From: Candidatus Latescibacterota bacterium | GTDB taxonomy: Bacteria > Latescibacterota > UBA2968 > UBA8231 | DNA: 64,000 bases | Direction: 5' to 3' | Assembly: GCA_965217585.1 (NCBI GenBank) | Contig: OZ244561.1 | Location: forward strand, 3,808,001 to 3,872,000 | Part shown: piece after piece, positions 56,378 through 64,000 of the stretch | How positions within the stretch are numbered: position 1 is the stretch's first letter | Layout of the letters: the number at the start of each line of letters is the position of its first letter | Position numbers and translations under genes: made by a program | Notes under the pieces: model-generated | Told to the model about the DNA's origin: nothing | Databases searched by the model: none | Seen by the model: only the letters and a program-made list of their open reading frames with translations

Positions 56378-58120
56378 GTGCAGACCTCATTTCGCATACT
56401 AGTCGCGCTGGCGTCGTTGCTCTTAGCCACTCCCGCGCTCCGCGCACAACCTCTCATGGAGCCAAGCGAGTTGCGCCGCGGCATGAGCGGCTTTGGGCTG
56501 ACGACCTTCCAAGGCACTGAGATCGACACCTTCCAAGTCGAAATTTTGGGGGTGCTAAAAGGGGCCTTGGGGCCGCGCATGGACATGATCCTCGCGCGGC
56601 TCTCTGGCGGCCCATTGGCGCACACGGGTCTCATAAGGGGCATGAGCGGCAGCCCGGTGTACATCGACGGGCGGCTCATCGGTGCCATTTCCTACGGCTG
56701 GTACTTTTCCAAGGACCCCATCGGCGGTATCACCCCCATCGCTCATATGCTCGAAGTCGCCACGCGCGAACATCCCACACCAAGCCAGTACGGAAAAGCT
56801 TTAAAACTAGACGAAGAAACCACTCGCCTGCTCGGCGGCGAGGGCGTCAGCACCCTAGCGCCGCTGGGGATGCCCATAGCCATTGCCGGCTTCAGTCCGC
56901 GGGGGCGGCAAGTGTTGCGCGACGCGCTCGACGCGCCGGGCATCCAGCTTTTGGATAGCCCGGCAGGGCAGGCACTGCCCGACCAAGAGGTGCCCTTCGC
57001 GCCTGGGGCCTCGCTGGCCGTGCAGCTAATCCGCGGTGATTACAGTGCCGCGGCGATTGGCACCCTTACTTGGGTCGGCGACGGGCGTTTCGTCGGCTTT
57101 GGGCATCCGATGTTTTTGCTGGGGGCCACCAACCTGCCCGCCACCGGGGCCTATATCCACCAAGTCATTCCCATTCAGACCGCCTCCTTCAAACTGGGGA
57201 CGCCGACCGGCGCAATGGGGGCGGTGCGCCAAGACCGCCTGCCCGCGATCGCCGGGACGCTGGGCGCGACGCCGGACATGCTGCCGGTGCAGGTTGCCCT
57301 GCGGTCGGCGGCTGGCGATCACGCCTTCCGCTGCGAGGTGCTGCGCCACCCCGATCTTAGCGCGTCCTTGGTCCGCTCGGTTTTGTTCAACTCTCTCGAA
57401 ACGGCTGAAAAGCTCTTTGGCGACGCCACGCTGCGGATGCGCAGCCACATCGCGCTGGCCGATGGCCGCACGGTGGAGCGCGAGCAAGTGTACAGCAGTG
57501 GGATCGCGCTACTTCGCGCCGTGATAGACGCAGTGCAGCCGGTCGGCGTGCTGCTCAACAACCCCTTCGCCGGGCTGACTTTAGACTCGCTGCACTTTGA
57601 GTTGGAAATCGGCGAAACCCTAGCGCAAGCCCGCATCACGGGTCTGCGGCTGTCGCCGCCCGATCCCAAGGCTGGGCAGCGGGTTTCGCTGCAAGCGACG
57701 TTGCAACCGTATCGCGCCGAGCCGGTTACAGAGCGCATGGAGTTGGATTTGCCCGCTCATCTCGAACCCGGCCCCTTCGTCGTGCGCGTCGGCAGCGGTG
57801 TGGCGAGTACGGGTTGGGAAGCGGCACGCCGGCCCGATGCGTTTATACCGCGCAATACCTCCGACTTGCTCGCCTTGCTCGAGCGCACAGGCGCCGCCGA
57901 CGAGTTGGTCGTCGAGGTCTTTCGCGCCAGCCCTGGCTTCACGGTGGACGGACGCGAGTTGCCCGGGCTGCCTCCCTCGGCGTTGGCCGTGCTGAGCGCG
58001 GACCGCTCGGCGGGACATCTGGGGCCGGTGCAAGGCGAGGTCGTCCTCCGCCACACCCTGACCACTGACTACGTTCTCTTCGGCGAGCAAAGCCTCGACA
58101 TGACATTGAGAAAGCCCTGA
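56378..58120 (+). CDS. SpoIVB/peptidase S55 domain protein, exported
   Basis: Signal peptide; GMSGFGLTTFQG, GMSGSPVYIDGRLIGA, GTLT...GFGHP, SFKLG. Confidence 0.85.
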   Translation: MQTSFRILVALASLLLATPALRAQPLMEPSELRRGMSGFGLTTFQGTEIDTFQVEILGVLKGALGPRMDMILARLSGGPLAHTGLIRGMSGSPVYIDGRLIGAISYGWYFSKDPIGGITPIAHMLEVATREHPTPSQYGKALKLDEETTRLLGGEGVSTLAPLGMPIAIAGFSPRGRQVLRDALDAPGIQLLDSPAGQALPDQEVPFAPGASLAVQLIRGDYSAAAIGTLTWVGDGRFVGFGHPMFLLGATNLPATGAYIHQVIPIQTASFKLGTPTGAMGAVRQDRLPAIAGTLGATPDMLPVQVALRSAAGDHAFRCEVLRHPDLSASLVRSVLFNSLETAEKLFGDATLRMRSHIALADGRTVEREQVYSSGIALLRAVIDAVQPVGVLLNNPFAGLTLDSLHFELEIGETLAQARITGLRLSPPDPKAGQRVSLQATLQPYRAEPVTERMELDLPAHLEPGPFVVRVGSGVASTGWEAARRPDAFIPRNTSDLLALLERTGAADELVVEVFRASPGFTVDGRELPGLPPSALAVLSADRSAGHLGPVQGEVVLRHTLTTDYVLFGEQSLDMTLRKP

Positions 58121-58124
58121 TATA

Positions 58125-60155
58125 ATGATACGGACTACAACCCGAGCCCTGTTTTCGTGTCTTTTGGTACTGTCGGCGGCCAGCGCGACCGAAGCGGGGC
58201 GCGCCAAGGCTTGGCAGCAGCACGCGTACGACGACTTCGCCAAAGGCGAGAGCGAAGGCATCTCCATTGCCGCGGATGGCGCGCTAGAGCTAGCGCCCGC
58301 GCTCGTAGAGTTGGCCTCGTTAGAGGCCGAGCGCGTCTGGTCTATGACACCCAACCCCAAGGGGGGTCTCTACGTGGGCACCGGCGACTCGGGCCGGCTC
58401 TTTGCCGTCGATGACAAGGGGCAAGCCGAGTTGCTGTTCGATTCGCCCGAACTCGTCCTCCACGCCCTGATCGCCGGCCCCGACGGTCGGCTCTACGCTG
58501 GCTCGGCCCCCGACGGCCTAATCTACGCGCTCGACGCCAAGGGGCAGGCGGAAACCCTGCTCCAGACCGGCAGCCACTACGTGTGGGACTTCGCCTTAGT
58601 CGACGGACAACTCTACGCAGCCACGGGCGAACCCGGCCAAGTGCTCAAAATCGCCAAAGACGGGTCTCACGAAGTCTTCTTTGCTCCAGAAGATCGCCAC
58701 GTTATAACCTTGCTCGCCCACGGAGACCGCCTGTACGCCGGCACGGCGGGCAAGGGCCGCATCTACGAGATCGACGGCGAGGGCCGCGGGCGGCTGCTCT
58801 TTGAAAGCGCGCAAGAAGAAATTCACAACCTAGTGGCAGGCATCAACGGAGAAATTTTCGCCAGTGCGATTCCCGCGCCGAGCAAGGGCGAAAATTCCCA
58901 CAAGGTCCCGGCGGCCGTGTACCGCGTCGGAGCGGAGGGGGCGGTCTATCCCATCTGGGAGGATACCGAAGCCCAATTCGTCAATCTCGTTGCAACCGGC
59001 GAGCACCTGCTGCTCAGCGCCTCCAACCCGGCGCGGCTTTTGCGCCTCAGCGCCGATGGCCGCCGGGCGTTGGTCGTGCAGTTTGAAAGCCTCGTCCCCA
59101 GCCGCCTCTTGTTCGGGCCAGGCGGCGCGCTCCACTTGGGCGGGGCGCAAAGCGCCGCCGTTTCTACCCTGCCTGGGAAGGGCCGTCACAAGGGGCACTT
59201 TGAATCAGCGGTCGAGGACTTTGCCATCCACGCGCGGTGGGGCGTGCTCGAATGGCGCGGTACCCAACCTGCAGATACCCGTATAACCGTGCAGACGCGC
59301 ACCGGCAACAGCGAAGAGCCGGACAAAACCTGGAGCGCGTGGTCCGAGCCGCTGACCGAGAGCGGCCAAACCATCGCCAGCCCCCCCGCTCGCTTTATCC
59401 AGTACCGGGTCGAGATGGAATCCACGCGCGACGGAGCCACGCCCCGGCTCAACTCGATCGAAATCCGCGGCGTCCAAGTCAACCTCAAACCCCGCATCAC
59501 CGAGTTACAAACCTTTCCCTTCCGGCCGCAACAATCCGGCAACGGCGGCCAACCCCAAGGCGCACCTCAAGCTGGCCAAGGGCGGCGCAACAATCGGCCC
59601 CCTCATGCGAAAAGCCTGCGCCTAGTGCGCTGGCAGGCCCAAGATCCCAACGAGGACGGGCTGGTGTACGACCTCTATCTCAAGGGCGAGGATCAGCAAG
59701 CGTGGAAGCTGGTCGAAGAGAACATCGCGCACACCTCGATCGTCTGGGACACCGAATCCATGCCCGAAGGCCAGACCCAGCTCAAACTGGTGGCCTCCGA
59801 TCGCATGGACAACCCCGCGGCCGAACGCCTGCGCGACGAGCGCGAAAGCGCGCCCTTCGCCATCGACAACAGCCCGCCCACCGTTGCGCTCGACGCGCAG
59901 ACCAGCGCCGATGGTGCAGTCGTCGAAGTGGCGATTAGCGACCGCATCTCAGCGGTGCAAAAAGCCTATTACACCGTTGACTACGACGATCAACAGCATC
60001 CCATCGCGCCGTTGGACGGCGTCTTTGACAGCCGCGGCGAAAAGGCGCGCTTTGCCGTCGCAGGGCTGGCCGCGGGCGAGCACGTCATTGTCGTGCGGGC
60101 CATTGACGCCCTCGACAACATCGGCGTGCGGCAAATCGTCGTCCAAGTCAAGTGA
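58125..60155 (+). CDS. Exported beta-propeller protein with C-terminal beta-sandwich domains
   Basis: Repeated LYVGTG/LYAGSA/LYAATG/LYAGTA blades; QTRTGNS...WSAWS...SPPARFIQYR; IDNSPP. Confidence 0.7.
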   Translation: MIRTTTRALFSCLLVLSAASATEAGRAKAWQQHAYDDFAKGESEGISIAADGALELAPALVELASLEAERVWSMTPNPKGGLYVGTGDSGRLFAVDDKGQAELLFDSPELVLHALIAGPDGRLYAGSAPDGLIYALDAKGQAETLLQTGSHYVWDFALVDGQLYAATGEPGQVLKIAKDGSHEVFFAPEDRHVITLLAHGDRLYAGTAGKGRIYEIDGEGRGRLLFESAQEEIHNLVAGINGEIFASAIPAPSKGENSHKVPAAVYRVGAEGAVYPIWEDTEAQFVNLVATGEHLLLSASNPARLLRLSADGRRALVVQFESLVPSRLLFGPGGALHLGGAQSAAVSTLPGKGRHKGHFESAVEDFAIHARWGVLEWRGTQPADTRITVQTRTGNSEEPDKTWSAWSEPLTESGQTIASPPARFIQYRVEMESTRDGATPRLNSIEIRGVQVNLKPRITELQTFPFRPQQSGNGGQPQGAPQAGQGRRNNRPPHAKSLRLVRWQAQDPNEDGLVYDLYLKGEDQQAWKLVEENIAHTSIVWDTESMPEGQTQLKLVASDRMDNPAAERLRDERESAPFAIDNSPPTVALDAQTSADGAVVEVAISDRISAVQKAYYTVDYDDQQHPIAPLDGVFDSRGEKARFAVAGLAAGEHVIVVRAIDALDNIGVRQIVVQVK

Positions 60156-61249
60156 ACCAGCCCGCGCAATACATGCGCCGCGCCCTGCGGTTAGCGCAGC
60201 GAGGGCGCGGCAAGGTCAGCCCCAATCCCATGGTTGGCGCGGTGGTGGTGCGCGGGGACTGCATCGTCGGCGAAGGGGCTCACCTGAAGGTCGGCGGCCC
60301 CCATGCCGAGGTCCACGCCCTGCGCCGAGCCGGCGACGAGGCGCGGGGGGCCGATCTCTATGTCACGCTGGAGCCCTGCTCCTTCCACGGCCGCACCCCG
60401 CCCTGTACCGAAGCGGTGCTTCGCGCTGGCATTAAAAGGCTCTACTGCGCTATAGAAGACCCCGACGAGCGCGTGGCTGGGCAGGGAATCGCCGCGCTGC
60501 GCGAAAAGGGCGTCGCCATCGACGTCGGGCTTTGCGCCGAAGAGGCGCGCGGCCTCAACGCGGCCTACATCAAACACCGCACCCAAAACCTGCCCCTGGT
60601 CCTGCTCAAGCTGGCGCAGACCCTCGATGGCCGCATTGCGGCGCGAAGTGGTGATGCGCGTTGGATCACCGGTGCCCAAGCGCGGCGACACGTCCATCGC
60701 TGGCGTTCTTGGGTCGATGCCGTGGCCGTGGGCGCGGGCACGGTGCAAGCCGACGATCCCCTCCTGACGGTGCGCCACGTGCCCGGGCGCGACCCGCGGC
60801 CCATCGTCATAGACGGGCGCTTGCGCACCTCGCCCGAGGCTCGCGTCTACCAGCGGCCCGGCGCCGTGCTCGTCACCGCAGAGGACACGCCAGCCGACAA
60901 GCGCCGCGCCTACGCGGCCAAAGGGGCCGAGGTTTGGACTTTTCCGGCGTCTGCCGGGCGCATCGACTTGCGTCTGCCCCTCGTGCGCATGGCACAAGAG
61001 GGCATGACCAGCCTCCTCATCGAAGGCGGCGGCCAGTTGGCCGCTGCCGCACTCGGCGACCGCGTCGTTGACCAAGTCCTGCTCTACCTCGCACCGCGGC
61101 TGATGGGCGAGGGGGTCGCTGCCATTGGCGACTTGGGAATCGAGCGCGCGGCCGAGGCCATTCGCCTTACGTCCAGCCGCACCCAGCGGCTAGGCCCTGA
61201 CCTGCTCTACATGGCTGAGGTACAATACACTTGTTTACCGGACTCATAG
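60152..61249 (+). CDS. ribD: Diaminohydroxyphosphoribosylaminopyrimidine deaminase/reductase
   Basis: PNPMVG, HAE, TLEPC..HGRTPPC, KLAQTLDG, WITG, DDPLLT, IEGGG. Confidence 0.95.
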   Translation: MNQPAQYMRRALRLAQRGRGKVSPNPMVGAVVVRGDCIVGEGAHLKVGGPHAEVHALRRAGDEARGADLYVTLEPCSFHGRTPPCTEAVLRAGIKRLYCAIEDPDERVAGQGIAALREKGVAIDVGLCAEEARGLNAAYIKHRTQNLPLVLLKLAQTLDGRIAARSGDARWITGAQARRHVHRWRSWVDAVAVGAGTVQADDPLLTVRHVPGRDPRPIVIDGRLRTSPEARVYQRPGAVLVTAEDTPADKRRAYAAKGAEVWTFPASAGRIDLRLPLVRMAQEGMTSLLIEGGGQLAAAALGDRVVDQVLLYLAPRLMGEGVAAIGDLGIERAAEAIRLTSSRTQRLGPDLLYMAEVQYTCLPDS

Positions 61250-61860
61250 AAGAACTCGGGAGCGTGCGCGGTCGCGTGCGCCGAGGCGCGTTCCAGCAGT
61301 TGGAGATCGAGGCCGAGCGCGTTCTCGCCGGCTTGCAGGTGGGGGATAGCGTCAATATCGATGGGGTTTGCCAGACTGCGGTGGCCATAGGAGAGAGCGG
61401 CTTTGCGGTCGAGACGATCGCCGAAACGCTCGCCCGCACGACCTTGGGCACCCTCGGCATTGGGCAAGCGGTCAACCTAGAGCGCGCCCTCCGCGCCGAC
61501 CAGCGGCTCGGCGGCCACCTCGTCTTGGGACACGTCGATGGCGTCGCCCACATTCGCCGGCGCACTGAGCGCGACGGGGAGCATCGCTTCGAGATTGAGC
61601 CGCCGCCCGCGCTCGCCCGCTATATCGCCGCCAAAGGCTCGGTGGCCCTCGACGGCATCAGCCTGACGGTGGCCGAGGTCGGCGGCGATGCCTTTACGAT
61701 TGCGGTCATACCGCATACATTTGACAATACGACGCTTAGCCAGCGACGCGCCGGTGATTCTGTCAACCTCGAAGTCGATGTGATCGCCCGTTATGTCGAG
61801 CGTTTGCTCGGCGGACAACCCCAGCTCAGCTTCGAAGATTTGCGCGATATGGGATACTGA
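61231..61860 (+). CDS. ribE: Riboflavin synthase (alpha chain)
   Basis: MFTGLIEE, GDSVNIDGVC, VNLERA, GGHLVLGHVDG, KGSVALDGISLTV, VNLEVD. Confidence 0.95.
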   Translation: MFTGLIEELGSVRGRVRRGAFQQLEIEAERVLAGLQVGDSVNIDGVCQTAVAIGESGFAVETIAETLARTTLGTLGIGQAVNLERALRADQRLGGHLVLGHVDGVAHIRRRTERDGEHRFEIEPPPALARYIAAKGSVALDGISLTVAEVGGDAFTIAVIPHTFDNTTLSQRRAGDSVNLEVDVIARYVERLLGGQPQLSFEDLRDMGY

Positions 61861-61863
61861 GTA

Positions 61864-63114
61864 ATGCTCGATTTTAACACCATTGAAGAAGTCGTCGAGG
61901 ACCTGCAAAGCGGCCGCATGGTCGTGCTCGTCGACGAGTGCGAAGCCGTGGGTGAGGGCGTGTTGGTGATGCTCGCCGAGCGGGCCACCGCCGCCTCGGT
62001 CAACTTCATGACGCGCTGCGCCAGCAGTCCGCCTGTGGTCGCTGCCGCTAGGAAGCACCTCAAAGCCCTCGAACTGCATCTACAGGTCTCCAAGGCCCAC
62101 GAGCCGATGGACGCCTCGATCATGGTCTCGGTCAATGCCCGCGCCATCGAGGGCACTGGCGTCTCGGCTCAGGACCGCGCCGCGACTATCCGCAAACTAG
62201 CCGACCCCGACAGTGCGCCCGAAGACTTCGTCCAGCCTGGGCACGTCACGCCGCTCCAAGCCCAACCGGGCGGGGTGTTGCGCCGCGCCGGCCACACCGA
62301 AGCCTCGGTCGATCTAGCGCAGATGGCCGATTGCCAGCCCGTGGCCATGATCGCCGCCATCCTCGACGAAGCGGGCGCGTTGGCCGACGCATCCTACTTG
62401 CTCAACTTCGCGCGCGAACACGGCTTCAAGATTACCACCATCCACGACCTGATTGCCCATCGCCGACGCACCGAGAAACTAATTCATCTAGAGGCTCAGT
62501 CGCCCATGCCAACTCGCTACGGCGAATTCACGGCCTATGCGTACCGCAGCTTGGTTGACGACAACCCGTACCTCGCCCTCGTGTACGGCGAGGTCTCCGA
62601 CGGCCGCGACACCTTGGTGCGCATGCACTCGGGTTGCCTGACCGGCGACGCGCTCGGCTCGCTGCTGTGCGACTGCGGCGAACAGCTAGCGCAATCCATG
62701 CAGCTCATTGCCGCAGAGGGGCGCGGCGTTATCGTCTATATTCAGCATCACGAAGGGCGCGGCATCGGCATTTTGCACAAGCTCAAGGCATACGAGTTGC
62801 AACAACAGCAGGGCCTCGACACCATTGAGGCCAATCACGCCCTCGGCCACCCCATGGACTCGCGCGACTACGGCATCGGTGCCCAAGTACTCTATGACTT
62901 GGGCTTGCGCCGAGTGCGCTTTTTGACCAACAATCCCAAGAAGCGGGTCGGCTTGGAGGCCTACGGCCTAACCGTCGTCGAGCAAGTGCCCATTGAGGCC
63001 GCTCCCAATCCGCACAATATCCGCTATCTAACAACCAAGCGCGACAAGATGGGCCACGCCCTCTTGCTCAAACGCGCCGCCGCCGAGGACGAAAACCATG
63101 CCCAAAGTGCATGA
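61864..63114 (+). CDS. ribBA: RibBA: GTP cyclohydrolase II fused to a degenerate DHBP-synthase domain
   Basis: C-terminal [10 protein letters not shown]...[28 protein letters not shown]. The N-terminal RibB fold keeps [11 protein letters not shown] and RAGHTE but lacks the RENEGD loop. Confidence 0.9.
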   Translation: MLDFNTIEEVVEDLQSGRMVVLVDECEAVGEGVLVMLAERATAASVNFMTRCASSPPVVAAARKHLKALELHLQVSKAHEPMDASIMVSVNARAIEGTGVSAQDRAATIRKLADPDSAPEDFVQPGHVTPLQAQPGGVLRRAGHTEASVDLAQMADCQPVAMIAAILDEAGALADASYLLNFAREHGFKITTIHDLIAHRRRTEKLIHLEAQSPMPTRYGEFTAYAYRSLVDDNPYLALVYGEVSDGRDTLVRMHSGCLTGDALGSLLCDCGEQLAQSMQLIAAEGRGVIVYIQHHEGRGIGILHKLKAYELQQQQGLDTIEANHALGHPMDSRDYGIGAQVLYDLGLRRVRFLTNNPKKRVGLEAYGLTVVEQVPIEAAPNPHNIRYLTTKRDKMGHALLLKRAAAEDENHAQSA

Positions 63115-63565
63115 AGGACAACTCGACGCTCGAGGCCGCAAGTTTGGCATTGCGGTCAGCCGCTTCAACGACTTGGTGACCACCCGGCTCCTCGACGGCG
63201 CGTTGGACTGCATCCAGCGACACGGTGGCGACGGCAGCGACATAGAAATTACCTGGGTCCCCGGTGCCTTTGAACTACCTATTGCCGCCAAGAAGCTAGC
63301 GAGTACGGGTCGCTTTGACGTCGTTATTTGCTTGGGGGCTATCGTCCGCAGCGATACCCCTCACTTCGACTATGTGGCCAGCGAGTCGGCCAAGGGCATT
63401 GCCCGCGTCGGCCTCGACAGCGGCATCCCGGTGATCTTTGGCGTCATCACGGCCGATACGGTCGAGCAGGCCGTGCAGCGCGCAGGCGTCAAGGCCGGCA
63501 ATCGCGGCTGGGACGCCGCCCTCAACGCGGTTGAAATGGCCAGCCTGATGGCCGAGTTAGGATGA
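63098..63565 (+). CDS. ribH: 6,7-dimethyl-8-ribityllumazine synthase
   Basis: [33 protein letters not shown]. Confidence 0.95.
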   Translation: MPKVHEGQLDARGRKFGIAVSRFNDLVTTRLLDGALDCIQRHGGDGSDIEITWVPGAFELPIAAKKLASTGRFDVVICLGAIVRSDTPHFDYVASESAKGIARVGLDSGIPVIFGVITADTVEQAVQRAGVKAGNRGWDAALNAVEMASLMAELG

Positions 63566-64000
63566 GCGGCGAAGACGATTTTTTTGGCGATGGGACCTCT
63601 GCCGACGAGGCACCTCCCAGCAACCGCCACGGTGCCCGCCAAGTGGCCCTACAGGCCCTGTACTGGGAGCAGAGCGCGGCGACCGACTCACTCGGCGCAC
63701 TGGATCAGCTCTGTGCGCGCTTTGGCTTGGCGCAAGAGGTGCAATCCTTTGCGGCCGAACTCTTGCATCGCGCAGGTGAGCATGCGGACGAGCTGGATGC
63801 GCTGGCAGCGGCCCGGGTCCAGAACTGGCGCTGGGAGCGCATCGCCCGCATCGACCGCTTAATCCTGCGCTTGGCTTTGGCCGAAATGCTCTTTATCGAG
63901 GAAGTTCCAATCCGGGTCTCCATCTTTGAAGCCGTCGAACTGGCCAAGTCCTACAGCACTGACAAGTCCTATGCCTTTGTCAATGGCGTCCTCGACGGCG
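63562..64000 (+). CDS. nusB: Transcription antitermination factor NusB (3' end runs off the window)
   Basis: ATG 63562 overlaps the ribH stop. Hand translation: [13 protein letters not shown]...[18 protein letters not shown]...[14 protein letters not shown]...FVNGVLD. Confidence 0.92.
   Translation, partial: MSGEDDFFGDGTSADEAPPSNRHGARQVALQALYWEQSAATDSLGALDQLCARFGLAQEVQSFAAELLHRAGEHADELDALAAARVQNWRWERIARIDRLILRLALAEMLFIEEVPIRVSIFEAVELAKSYSTDKSYAFVNGVLDG

Noticed and set aside
56378-58120. Sporulation role for the SpoIVB-like gene
   Set aside because: S55 domains occur in non-sporulating diderms, and there is no sporulation context here.

Overview
GC-rich bacterial chromosomal window. The gene content (FlgD-Ig/T9SS-like tail proteins, a C-terminal 'WGxIK' motif, a dockerin-WD40 fusion, several PhyH, HpcH and FG-GAP/ASPIC proteins) suggests a diderm FCB-related lineage such as Ca. 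Latescibacterota, possibly host- or sponge-associated. That assignment is inference. Layout: (1) 1-17.9 kb: a tightly packed minus-strand operon encoding an uncharacterised envelope module (CBM9-like protein, three discoidin/FlgD-Ig paralogues, two ~930-aa Asp-rich putative beta-barrel paralogues, a parvulin PPIase lipoprotein) followed by catabolic enzymes. This is the best candidate for an undescribed system. (2) 18-33.4 kb: TPR, beta-helix, FG-GAP-ASPIC, GH36 and spermidine-synthase-like genes, interrupted by a lower-GC type II R-M locus whose endonuclease is split by an IS with intact ends and a target duplication. (3) 33.5-38.9 kb: an AAA-DUF4143 gene coupled to a STAND NTPase with a C-terminal nuclease, behind a 38-bp palindrome. 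(4) 39-49.6 kb: small-molecule catabolic genes, including a PhyH enzyme with the HxG halogenase signature. (5) 49.6-55.2 kb: antitoxins with lost or truncated toxins, plus pentapeptide and WD40 repeat proteins. (6) 56.4-64 kb: S55 peptidase, beta-propeller, ribD-ribE-ribBA (degenerate RibB domain)-ribH-nusB. No rRNA, tRNA or CRISPR array was seen. Domain calls come from motifs read by eye, not from database searches.
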